Below, piece by piece: positions 12,159 to 23,989 of a stretch of 64,000 bases of DNA. The notes below the pieces were generated by a model. That model had not been told where the DNA came from and searched no databases. It saw only the letters and a program-made list of their open reading frames with translations. The stretch spans positions 28,086,001 through 28,150,000 of the forward strand of contig NC_086118.1 of the NCBI RefSeq assembly GCF_963921235.1. Reading direction: 5' to 3'. Source of the DNA: Mobula hypostoma. Lineage: Eukaryota. The translations under genes were made by a program, and so were the position numbers. Numbering within the stretch: position 1 is the stretch's first letter; each line of letters starts with the position of its first letter.

Positions 12159-15100
12159 AGATCTAAAGATTGTACTGTTTATAAAACATTTTTCGGCGGA
12201 ATAGTTCAGCTGCAGGCATGTGATGCTTCTTATATTGTTTCAGCGATCAAGCAGTTTTATGAAGAGAAGAAACTTGACCTTCATGAAATGGTGATGTTTA
12301 CATCTGATGGAGCGTCAGTAATGTTGGGCAGAGTTAATGGGGTTGCAGCAAGATTTAAACAGGACACTCCACACTTAGTTGAGCAACACTGTGTAGGACA
12401 CCATGAAGATCTGGGGATTTGTGATGCATGGAAAGAAGTCAAGTTAATCAGAGACATTGAAACTTTGATGAGAACAATCTATACAATGTTTTCTCGATCT
12501 GCAGTTAAAAGATGCTAATTTAAAGAAATTGCAGAGGCCTCTGAAAATGAAACTGTTGCTTTCAGACCACTTAATGAAGTCAGATGGTTATCTAGACACT
12601 GCATTGCAGGCAATAATAAAAAATTATCAGGGACAGATCACATACTTTGAAGAAGATCAGTCAAATGACCCTGTGGCTAAATACTGTCACAAAACATTGA
12701 TAAACATCACATACAAAGTAGCTTTACAGGCATTAAGTGACGTCTTTGATGAACTGGCTGCACTGTGCAAGTTTCTGTAAAAGAGTGGCCTGACACCAAT
12801 TCATTCACTTCATTTTGTGCGAGGCAAAATTAACAAGATAAGAGAGCAGTATCTGGGAGACAATGTTTCATGGAGTGACAAAGTTAAAGTTTTGCTCAGC
12901 CAGCAACCTGAAGAAAATGTCACAGTAGATACAAGTTCGCTGTTGACGTTTATAAAAAGTCTTTGTGTTCATTCTAGAAGAAAGGTTTCCTGAAGATGAG
13001 GTACAAGAATGGTCAGCTTCTGATTTCTCTGCAATTGCAGATTGTGACTTCACATTTGGCGATGAATAAGTTAATGCCTTATGTCTAAAATATCATGATT
13101 TTCTAGCTGAAAATACTATAGTTAGACAGTTTAATGATTTCAAATTTTCCGTGCAAGAAAAAATTAAGTCCAAACTGATTTCAAACTTTACTCAAATGGT
13201 GGCATTTATACTTCAAAATGAACAGTTTTGCGACCTTGCACAGTTGATGGACATTGGAGGAACCTTTTTGCGTCCAGTGCGGACTGTGAGCGAGGTTTTA
13301 GCCTAATGAATCAACTCAAAAACAAGCTGAGAAACCATTTAGGTGAATGTCATTTGGATATGTTAATGAGAATCAAAAGCTATCAATTGGATGGAAGTTC
13401 TTTTAGTCTAGATAGAGTTTACAAAGAATGGGTAAATGCCAAAGAGAGGAGAGAGAAAAAATAACTGAGTAATTGAAATACGTATGTTATTTTGTTGTAT
13501 TCTGTGCAGTTTTATGTCAAATATTTTGTAAACCTACATAAACTGTGCCATGTGTGCATTCAGTGCGCACATACTTTTGACACAGGAAAAAAATTTGCGT
13601 AACGTAAGATTTTTGTGCACACTGACTACTAAAAATTAGAGGGAACATTGCACAAGAGTTGCAAAAATTTACCACTTTAACACCCCTACCTGCTGAATTA
13701 AATACTTCTATTACAAGTGCCTCACATACTTCATTTACATCCACAACTCTATGTCCTATCCCTTTCCTTACAAAATTTACGACAACACCCCCTCTACCAA
13801 ATAATCTATCACACCCAATTACAATATAACCCTGCAAGGAAAAACTTAAATGTGGTAACAGCCACATTTTCTGAATACATATAATATCAGGTGGAGTTGA
13901 TAAATCAGAAACAAACTTCTTAAAGTCTTGACAATTAGAAATCAGGGTTTTTGCATTCCACTGCAATATTCTCATGCCCATTATGTGCTTCACAAGGAGA
14001 CTGAAATACAAATACCTCACCCATTAGAACTTCATTTACAGCTTCCTACATAATACCTGTTATATCCAGATACTTTTCAGCTGCTTTCACAATAATTTTA
14101 ATTTTCTCAGTATGACTAGATGTTGAGCAGTACAATTCACCACACCCGTTATGAACATTACAAACTTAATTTTATCAACTAGTGAATTATCTTTAGGAAG
14201 TGAAGCGTGATGACAACATATAGCCTTTGACTTCACAGTCTGTTCTCTGACTGGTAATACTTTATCAATGTTTAGTTTAACTTTTTGTACAACCTCCACA
14301 TAAGGCACACCTAACTGTAATTTAACCTTTTGATTTCAGCTGCCATCTTAAGTATTTCACAATCTCTATAAGCTGCACTATGTTCTCCTCTGCAATTACA
14401 ATTAAATTTTATGAGTTCACAATTTTTATATTTATGTTCTCCACCACATTTACTACATCTTGGTTTCAAAGAGACATATTGCTGCAACATGCCCAAACCT
14501 CTGACATTTGTAACACCTAAGCAGGGGTGGAATATAAACTCGAGCATGCCCCAAACTAACTTTATCAGGGAGCTTCACTTCATCAAAACATATCAATATA
14601 GACAAACGATCTATCCTTTCCCCATTTCTGACTACTTGCAATCTCTTTACCTCCTTAAACTTGCCTCCTAATAAATGAGATTTAACCTCTTCTATCAAAA
14701 TCTCCACTGGAACAACTATCACAACATCGCTAACACCTCTACTTTCCAAAGGCAAAATAAGTAATATCTTTTTACCAAGTAAAGTCTTCAATCCTCATGC
14801 CTTCTCAGAATGCTTTTTATCCTTACAAACAATTAACACCTTTCTTCCTCTTAAAGTATGAGCACAATCTATATTCCCTATGGCTGCTTTTAGCTCTGTT
14901 GTTAATTTAATGGGATTGATGGAGGGCGGCTGTCCTGGTTGAAGTTTAAACAATACCTTGAAGTCTTTGTTACTTTTTTCCAAAATATCCATCCCTTCCT
15001 CTCCATCACTTGAATTCATTCCAATATTATGTTTCTTTTTCTGTTTTCCAGATCTGAATTCAACTTCCTTCCAACCTCGTCCTGCCAACCCACCCTCACC

Positions 15101-15167
15101 CAAACCCTTCATTTGCAGTTTCTTTTCCAGATCCTTCCCCCTACCTGAACCTACACTATTTCCCAAC

Positions 15168-18100
15168 ATTGTCTTGGTACATGTTGGTACCAATGACATA
15201 GATAGGAGAAGGGAGGAGGTCCTGGAGAGAGATCCCCAGGAGTTAGGAAGGAAGCTGAGAAGCAGGACCTCCAGGGTAGTAATGTCGGGATTGCTACCTG
15301 TGCCACGTGCTAGTGAGGGCAAGAATAGTAGGATCAGGCAGATGAATGTATGGCTGAAAGACAGGTGCAGGGGGCAGGGCTTCAGATTCTTGGATCATTG
15401 AGTTCTCTCCTAGGGGAAGTTTGACCTGTTTAACATGGACAAGTTACACCTGAACACGAAGGGGACCAATATCCTGGTGGGAAGGTATAATAGAGCTGCG
15501 AGGGAGGGTTTAAGCTTATTTGGCAGGGGGATGGGAACCGGAATGATAGAGCAGAGGAAGCGGAAAACAGAAATAAATCTAAGCTAGTGAGCAGTAAAGA
15601 TGCTAGGAAAGACAGGCAGGTGATGGGGCAAATTTGTAGCCACTGGGATAAGTTGCAGTGCAATAAAGTTGCAGTGAAATCAAAGCGAAAAGTACCAAAT
15701 ACTAGTCTTAAGGCATTATACTTAAATGCACACAGCATAAGGAATAAAGTGGATGATCTTGTCATACAGCTACAGATTGGCAGGTATGATATTGTGGCCA
15801 TCACTGAGACGTGGCTAAAGGATGCATGTCTCTGGGAGCTGAACGTCCAAGGATACACGGTGTATCGGAAGGATAGGAAGGTAGGCAGAGGGGGTGGCGT
15901 GGCTTTATTGGTAAGAAATTATATCAAATCATTAGAAAGAGGTGACATAGGATCAGAAGGTGCAGAATCTTTATGGGTTCAGCTAAGAAATCGCAGGGGT
16001 AAAAGGATCCTGATGGCAGTTATATACAGGCCTCCAAACAGCTGCAGTGATGTGGACTACAAATTACAACAGGAAATAGAAAAGGCTTGTCAGAAGGGCA
16101 GTGTTATGATAATTGTGGGGGATTTTAAATGTGAGTGGATTGGGAAAATCAGGTCGGCACTGTATCTCAAGAGAGAGAATTTGTAGAATGTCTGCGAGAT
16201 GGCTTTTTAGAACAGCTTGTTGTTGAGCCCACTAGGGGATCGGCTGTACTGGATTGGGTATTGTGTAATGATCCGGAGGTGATTGGAGAGATTGAAGTGA
16301 AGGAACCCTTAGGAGACAGTGATCATAACATGATTGAGTTCACTGTGAAATTTGAAAAAGAGAAGCCGAAATCCGATCTGTCAGTATTCCAGTGGAGTAA
16401 AGGAAATTACAGTGACATGAGAGAGGAACCGGCCAAAGTTGACTGGAAAAGGACACTGGCGGGAAGGACGGCAGAGCAGCAGTGGCTGGAGTTTATGCGA
16501 GAAGTGAGGAAGGTGCAAGACAGGTATATTCCAAAAAGGAAGAAATTTTCGAATGGAAAAAGTATGCAACCGTGGCTGACAAGAGAAGTCAAAGCCAAAG
16601 TTAAAGCAAAGGAGAGGACATACAAGGAAGCAAAAATGAATGGGAAGACAGAGGATTGGGAAATTTTTAAAAGCTTACAAAAGGAAACTAAGAAGGTCAT
16701 TAAGAGGGAAAAGATGAACTATGAAAGGAAGCTAGCAAATAATATCAAAGCGGATACTAAAACCTTTTTCAAGTATATAAAGAGTAAAAGACAGGTGAGA
16801 GTAGATATAGGACCGATAGAAAATGATGCTGGAGAAATTGTAATGGGAGATAAGGAGATGGCGGAGGAACTGAACGAGTATTTTGCATCAGTCTTCACTG
16901 AGGAAGGCATCAGCAGTATACCAGACACTCAAGGGTGGCAGGGAAGAGAAGTGTGTGCAGTCACAATTACGACAGAGAAAGTACTCAGGAAGCTGAATAG
17001 TCTAAAGGTAGATAAATCTCCCGGACCGGATGGAATGCACCTTTGTATTCTGAAGAGAGTAGCTGTGGAGATTGCAGAGGCATTAGCGATGATCTTTCAA
17101 AAGTCGATAGATTCTGGCATGGTTCCGGAGGACTGGAAGATTGCAAATGTCACTCCGCTATTTAAGAAGCGGGCAAAGTAGCAAAAAGGAAATGATAGAC
17201 CTGTTAGCTTGACATCGGTGGTTGGGAAGTTGTTGGAGTCGATTGTCAAGGATGAGGTTACGGAGTACCTGTAGGCATATGACAAAATAGGCAGAACTCA
17301 GCATGGTTTCCTTAAAGGAAAATCCTGCCTGATAAACCTATTACAATTTTTTGAGGAAATTACGAGTAGGCTAGACAAGGGAGATGCAGTGGATGTTGTA
17401 TATTTGGATTTTCAGAAGGCCTTTGACAAGGTGCCACACATGAGGCTACTTGACAAGATCCCATGGAATTATGGGAAAGTTACATACGTGGATAGGGCAT
17501 TGGCTGATTGGCAGGAAACAGAGAGTGGGAATAAAGGGATCCTATTCTGGTTGGCTGCCGGTTACCAGTGGTGTTCCACAGGGGTCTGCGTTGGGGCCGC
17601 TACTTTTTACATTGTACATCAACGATTTGGATTATGGAATAGATGGCTTTGTGGCTAAGTTTGCTGATGATACGAAGATAGGTGGAGGGGCTGGGAGTGC
17701 TGAGGAAACAGAGTCTGCAGAGAGACTTGGATAGATTGGAAGAATGGGCAAAGAAGTGGTAAATGAAATATAATGTTGGAAAGTGTATGGTTATGCACTT
17801 CGGCAGAAGAAATAAATGGGTAGACCATTTTTTAAATGGGGAGAGAATTCAAAGTTCTGAGACGCAACGGGACTTGGGAGTCCTTGTACAGGATACCCTT
17901 AAGGTTAACCACCAGGTTGAGTCAGTAGTGAAGAAGGTGAATGCAATGTTGGCATTCATCTCTAGAGGAATAGAGTATAGGAGCAGGGATGTGATGTTGA
18001 GGCTCTACAAGGCACTGGTGAGACCTCACTTGGAGTACTGCGGGCAGTTTTGGTCTCCTTATTTAAGAAAGGATGTGCTGACATTGGAGGGGGTATGGAG

Positions 18101-18608
18101 AAGATTCACTAGAATGATTCCGGAAATGAAAGGGTTAACATATGAGGAACGTTTGTACGCTCTTGGACTGTATTCCTTGGAGTTTAGAAGAATGAGGGGA
18201 GACCTCATAGAATCATTTCGAATGTTGAAAGGCATGGACAGAGTGGATGTGGCAAAGTTGTTTCCCATGATGGGGGAGTCTAGTACGAGAGGGCATGACT
18301 TAAGGATTGAAGGGCACCCATTCAGAACAGAGATCTGACGAAATTTTTTTAACCAGAGGGTGGTGAATCTATGGAATTTGTTGCCATGGGCGGCTCTGGA
18401 GGCCAAGTCATTGGATGCATTTAAGGCAGAGATTGATAGGTATCAGAGTAGCTAGGGCATCAAAGGTTATGGTGAGAAGGCAAGGGAGTGGGACTAAATG
18501 GGAGAATGGATCAGCTCATGATAAAATGGTGGAACAGACTCAATGGGCTGAATGGCCAGCTTCTGCTCCTTTGTCTTATGGTCTTATGGTCCTATGGTCC
18601 TATGGTCC
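15168..18608 (+). mobile_element. CR1 LINE, 5'-truncated in ORF1 (esterase) with nearly complete, disrupted ORF2
   Basis: SGNH motif HVGTND; endonuclease (LYLNAHSI, AITETWL, IYRPP, SDHN); RT (YLDFQKAFDKV, GVPQGS.LGP, KFADDTK); (TCTTATGG)n tail 18574-18608; absent from copy 2 at ~54597. Confidence 0.92.
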
Positions 18609-18820
18609 CCACACCATTCATAACCAGCACCACCATATGCCCAGTCCAGCCCTCTCCAGCGGCTGCAGAACCTGAAAACTCAAGCAGCAATTTAACCATC
18701 CGGATACAGGTGTATTTTCACTCCAATCAATTGAAACACCTTGACTGCACACAGGTGATCTGCATTCGGCTAATGATGTGACTTCTAAAGCCAATTGACT
18801 GCACTAGAGATGATTTAGGT

Positions 18821-20970
18821 CTGGGGCTCAGCAGAAAGTGGTTAGTACTGATTGGAGTTAGGAGTTAGGAGTTAGGAGTTGAGAGGAGATTGAGTGTGTG
18901 TTGGAAGCAGTGGGTCGAGACGGCTGACTAGAAAATGGCGGAGAGAGAGAACATCAAGGAAAGAGCCAAGCTGTTGAAGGAAGTTTTTAGCGAGAGTGGA
19001 AGTGAACTAGAGATGGAGGTCTAGAAAGAGGAACGGAATGGAAGGAGGAAGAAAAGAAAGCAGAGGTACGGGATTTCAAACTCTGAGGAGTCAGCAGATA
19101 ATCAAAACAGGACAGCAAAACAATGGAAAGAAGATAAGATTAGAGCAATTATAAAACTAAGCGAAAATGGGGCGTCTTTTGGTGATTGGAAACCGATTTG
19201 TTTGACGAAGATGCTCAACAGAATTATAGGCAAGATTAAAAGAGCAAGGATCTTATGAAATGAATCGCTATTAGTGATTTGTCAGGATAGTGCTCAGCAA
19301 GGCAAAGTGATAAGATTAAGGAAAATAGATGGCAAAGAAGTACAATGCTCAAAACCCAACAATAGAAAGTGGACTAGAGGAGTTATTCTGGGGATACCAA
19401 CAAAAGTTACTATGGATGAGATTAAACAGAACATAAAAGGAGCAAAAATTATTGAGGCCAAACATTTGAAAGTTACAAGAAACGGGAAAAAGTGTGATAG
19501 TTTATCGGTAATGATTAACTTTGATGAAGAGAGATTACCGACTCACGTTTACTTAGGGTATATGTGTTGTGCGGTTAGAATATATATACCACCGCCTTTA
19601 AGATGCTATAAATGTCAGAAATTCAGGCACATTGCGGCGGTCTGCAGAGGAAAACAAAGATGTGGGAGGTGCGCTAGAGAACATGAATATGGGAAAGGTG
19701 AAGCGGGAGCTGGGCTGAAATGCTGCAATTGTGCGAGGAACACAAAGCACCTTATCGAGGGTGCATTTATTGCAAGAAGGTGGCTGAGATACAATATGTA
19801 AAAGTAACTCAAGGAATCAGTTATGCAGAGGTAGTGAAAGTATTTGATGAAAAGAAGGTTGTCAAGCAAACAAATACAGGGAATAATAAACTGGTGAATT
19901 GTGAGGGCTGTAATATGAAAAATAAGGATACACTATCAATGAGTAGAAAGGATTTTGTGCTTTTTATGGTGGATGCAATTAATTGTTCAGCACAAACAAG
20001 CAAAAGAACTGAGCAAATTAAAATTATAGTCAAGTCTGCAGAAAAGTATCTTCGTATTAAGGGAATTAGGTGGGAAGAAATCAAAGGAGATGGAATCTTA
20101 ATGGCAGTATATTTATCACAAATGGTCAAGAATTTACAAAATGTTTCAGAACTTAAGGAAAATCCTCAGATTTTATGGTTGACGCCCAGGGCAAATGTGC
20201 AGAACTCCAACAACAAATAGAAGTACCCGACAAGAACAACTGTGAGTTGGAAAAAGATTGGAAAATGGAGGAAATTATTACAAGGATACAAAAGGAAAAG
20301 GAATTTGTAAAGTGAATGATCTACATTCAGATTATAAAATGAAAACATGGAAGCAAATGAAGAAGAACTCCGAGGTCTCAGTAAACAACTGCAGGCTACG
20401 ATCCTAGAAAAGGAAAACCTGAAAAAGCAGATAGACTTGGAAAAACAGCAATTTTAAAAGTATGACGTGCGATAATTACTATTCCTTAACAAGACAAATT
20501 TAGTCTTACAAGTGATGTAGATGAAATCAATGTAATTGAGGTAATGCAACTACATGAAAAAATGTGACAAAATTAGGGAAGAATAGCAGTTTGCGGCATT
20601 ATCTAAGCAACACGCATCAAAGTTGCTGGTGAACGCAGCAGGCCAGGCAGCATCTCTAGGAAGAGGTGCAGTCGACGTTTCAGACCGAGACCCTTTGTCA
20701 GGACTAACTGAAGGAAGAGTGAGTAAGAGATTTGAAAGTGGGAGGGGAAGGGGGTTTGCGGCATTATCTAATGAGCGTATTAAGCATTCACGAGGAATTG
20801 CAACTACAGAGTGATGCTAATAGAGAACTGCAGGCTGAGCTAGATTGTCCAAAGTCGAGAACTCCAGGGCATATTTGGTTGGAACACAAGAAGTCTAGCA
20901 GTTGGCAGTAATGCACTGAAAACTGGTTGCCAACTGCCATAAAACAAAAAAGAAGAAGAGATGTTCTAGT
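18821..20970 (+). mobile_element. Nimb/I-like composite: 5'UTR plus ORF1, unrelated coiled-coil-coding segment, Nimb 3' terminus; no ORF2
   Basis: ORF1 19274-19801 (RCYKCQKFRHIAAVC knuckle); 3' end 20898-20960 resembles the Nimb end at 61591-61642 and carries a GAAGAAGA tail. Confidence 0.65.
20607..20753 (-). mobile_element. Penelope-derived mini insertion with mutated hammerhead
   Basis: 18-bp TSD GTTTGCGGCATTATCTAA at 20589-20606 and 20754-20771; minus-strand core CTGACAA...GAAACGTC. Confidence 0.85.
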
Positions 20971-21080
20971 GCGTCATATTAAAGAGGTGAATATTTAAGC
21001 AATCAATTATTTGTATTTTATATTTGTAATTAATTTAGATCACTTTGTAGAAATCTGTTTATTCCTTGACATGAGACTTT

Positions 21081-21243
21081 TTCTATTGGAAGACTGATAA
21101 TGAAACCAACTTGCCTAATAGTGTTGAAGATGCGTGACTAGATGTATTGCACAACATCACCAGCTGCATTCCGGCAGTTTATGACTGGTGCTCTGTAAAC
21201 TATATTTGTTCTGTTTGCATTGAAAATGATTGCATATCTAAAG
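21081..21243 (+). pseudogene. 3' half of an IgC-type exon of a B7-like paralog with an in-frame stop
   Basis: Reads FYWKTDNETNLPNSVEDA*LDVLHNITSCIPAVYDWCSVNYICSVCIENDCISK; W, ITS and YxC align with the intact IgC exon at 39190; TGA at 21135-21137; phase-1 donor G|GTAAAT at 21243/21244; 5' half replaced by Tc1. Confidence 0.6.
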
Positions 21244-22327
21244 GTAAATTTGAATCTTATTTATCATTAAATGCAAGCACTGCAACTTCTGAGCCTCTAT
21301 TGTGAATTGGCTGTTTATAAAATACAAGGCCTCCATGTATGCTGTAACAATTTCAATCAATGGTTCAAGGAAAAGAAACACATGTACTTATTCACTACTG
21401 ACACTTAATCAACATTGCGACTTGGAGTACAGTATGTGGCAGTTGTCTTGATCAAAGTAGGCACATCTGCACGCCAATGTGATAATGATGAAGCAATGTG
21501 CTGAGGAGAGGAAATAGAAGACCCTAATGGCTGTGACTAGAGTTGTGTAGACAATGTGGATATCAGGACAAGATCTGAAGCTGGATAGAGGAAGAAAGTT
21601 GGGAAGTTTGCAGCTGCTTAATGGAACTTGATAATCAGTTTGAACTAAATATATGATCAAGAATGTCAAAGATCATGAAGCTCCCTTGTGTGATTCATTG
21701 TAATGGGGTTTTGAATCATACATCAAAATCATATTTATAGTGGGCAGAAATAGTGAACCCAACAATTATAACTCCCCTCAGTTCTGCATTGTCACAAATT
21801 ACCAAAATATGCACATTCAATGAGTGTATGTTTGTAGTCTTTATCTGCTGTAGCTCATCCACTTTAAGGTTTGACATGTTGTACATTCAGAGATGCTCTT
21901 CTGCACCCTACTGTTGTAACATAAGATTATTTGAGTTCCTGATGCCTTCCTGTCAGGATGAACCAACCTGTACTTCGGGACTTTCTGGACTTTCTCCTCT
22001 AACCGCTCTCATTGATAAGGGTTTCTCACCTACAAAACTGTCACTCAATGGATTTCTAATGAAATGGCGACAGAGTGTACATCAGCATGATCTACTGCAT
22101 ATAATTGCATTTTGTGTTCCTTATAACATGTGGAATAATTTTAATAGGATATGTGTTATTATTTGGTAATCATATTTAAAAAGTTTGCATTATTTCTGCT
22201 CCACTTGTGTTCCAGGGAACACTCTTCAGTTGAACGGTAAAATAGAAACTACTGTATTGAGCCGACCTAAGATCTTGCCTAGCCATGGATTTTAAATTGG
22301 CTGTTAGGTAGCCACTATCTTGAATAT

Positions 22328-23230
22328 TCCATAAGACCATGAGACAATAAGACATAGGAGCAGAATTAAGCCATTCTGCCCATCAAGTCTGCTCCACCAT
22401 TTCACCATGGTTGATCCATTTCCTTCTCAACATTATTCTCCTGCCTTCTCCCCATAACCTTTCACGCCCTGACTAATGAAGAGCTTATCAACTTGTGTCT
22501 TAAATACACCCAGTGATCTGGCTTCCGCAGCCACCTGTGGCAACAAATTGCCCAGATTCAACAACCATTCTAAATGGACATCCCACTATTCTGAGGCTGG
22601 GTCTCTGGTCATAGACTCACCACAATAGGAAGTATATACTCTACAGCCACTCTATCTAGGCTTGTCAACATTCAATAGGTTTCAATGAGATCACTTCCGA
22701 TTCTTCTAATTTCCAGTGAGTACAGGCACAAGGCCAACAAACTCTCCTCATAGGATAACCCTATCATTCCTGGAAACATTCTCATGAACATCCTCTGAAC
22801 CCTCCCCAATGTCAACACATCAGTTCTTATATAAGGAGCCCAAAACTGCTCACAAATTTCCAAGTGAGGCCTCACCAATGCCTTATAAAGACTCAGCATT
22901 ATATCCTTGCTCTTAGATTCTAGTCCTCAGGAAATGAATGCTAACATTACATTTGCCTTCCTCACCACAAACTTAAACTACAAATTAATCTTTCGGGAAC
23001 CCTGCATGAGGTCTCCCAAGTCCCTTTGCTCCTTAGATTTTTGAATTTTCTCCCCTTTAAGAAAATAGTCGGTGCTTTTATTCCTTTTACCAAAGAGCAT
23101 GACTGTGCACTTCCTGACACTGTATTCTGATTACAATATCTGCCCTTTCTCCAGATCTGTCTAAGTCCTACTGCAGACTCCCTGCTTCCTGAACACTACC
23201 TGCTCCTCCACCTATCTTGCTATCATGTGC
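22328..23230 (-). mobile_element. CR1 3' fragment
   Basis: ORF 22672-22899 (LYKALVRPHLE.C.QFWAPY); ATAAGAC-type tail at ~22330. Confidence 0.8.
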
Positions 23231-23808
23231 AAACTTGGCCAGTTTTGTGCTTTCTACCGAGCTCCCTAAATCCTCTCTTAAGGACTTACTCTCTTTCTCT
23301 TCCTATGTTATTGGTGCCAATAGATACCAAGACTTCTGCCTGCTCACCTACCCTCTTTAGAATGTTGTGTATCTGATACGACATATCTTCCAGGTGTCCC
23401 TATCATCTCTATACTCTAGACCTGTGAGGACCTCTTTGACAGAATGTATTCCATGATTTAGTTCCCTTTAGATTATAATTACATTGAAACCCTCCAAAGC
23501 TGAAATTCTCTTCAAGTTGAATCGCTATTAATATGGTTCATGTTTCCTGTGCCTCAAAGAATCATATGCAATAAGTGTGGGCAAGTTGCAGCTGAGCATG
23601 AGCATATCTGGCTTGTCTTAAAGTTCCTATTCAATGTAACCTATGTATCCTAAGACTAGCACACAGTTCACTTGGCCCAGGGTAGTTATCTCATAAATTG
23701 ATATTCTACATAGTCAATTACAAAATTAAATATTAAGTTTACATTTTTGTGCTACAGAATGTAAATTCTACATTTTGAGAAAAGTTAATTATTCATTTTC
23801 CATTGCAG

Positions 23809-23949
23809 AATTGGATTGTCCAGAAGTTGAAGCAATTTCTGAGCAACCATTGGATGACGATAGAACACGTGTTGGTGTTCTTCTCTGCTTGGCGTTCTTA
23901 ATGCTGCTGTGCACAGCAGCTTTTTACTGCAGAAAGCAATTTTCTAAAG
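23809..23949 (+). pseudogene. Orphan stalk plus transmembrane exon of the B7-like paralog
   Basis: Acceptor ttttccattgcag|, donor |gtagag; 141 nt, phase 1-1; ELDCPEVEAISEQPLDDDRTRVGVLLCLAFLMLLCTAAFYCRKQFSK (hydrophobic span then RK). Confidence 0.7.
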
Positions 23950-23989
23950 GTAGAGTATTAATTCTGGTCAGTGAAAGGGAAGGACATAA

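Larger units (their letters stand above)
10270..13650 (+). mobile_element. hAT (Tip100/ZNF862-like) transposon, decayed, left end missing
   Basis: Transposase pieces 10515-13464 (LAVDETTD; FTSDGASVMLG; SADCERGFSLMN dimerization motif); right TIR TTAGAGGGAACATTG at 13636-13650; no matching left TIR seen. Confidence 0.85.
6995..18640 (-). mobile_element. Old Nimb/I-clade LINE fragmented by later insertions (copy 1 of the duplicated block)
   Basis: RT C-terminus 6906-7145 (FLGMWLDNMLTWKHHI); endonuclease 13517-14020 (ILQWNAKTL...PDIICIQ); ORF1 CCHC knuckle 14453-14791 (RCYKCQRFGHVAAIC). Confidence 0.75.
18695..21080. mobile_element. Tc1 terminal fragment split by an insertion (pieces ~18695-18820 and 20971-21080)
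   Basis: The two pieces join (gatttaggt|gcgtcatattaaag) to match the reverse complement of the Tc1 region at ~58270-58440. Confidence 0.75.

Noticed and set aside
21400-21720. Possible decayed DNA-transposase fragment
   Set aside because: No diagnostic motif could be read with confidence, so it was left unannotated.
23809-23949. Resemblance of RTRV.LL...FLM to the giantin (GOLGB1) C-terminal TM
   Set aside because: The match is short and low-complexity. A phase 1-1 exon with an upstream IgC fragment fits an Ig-superfamily gene better.
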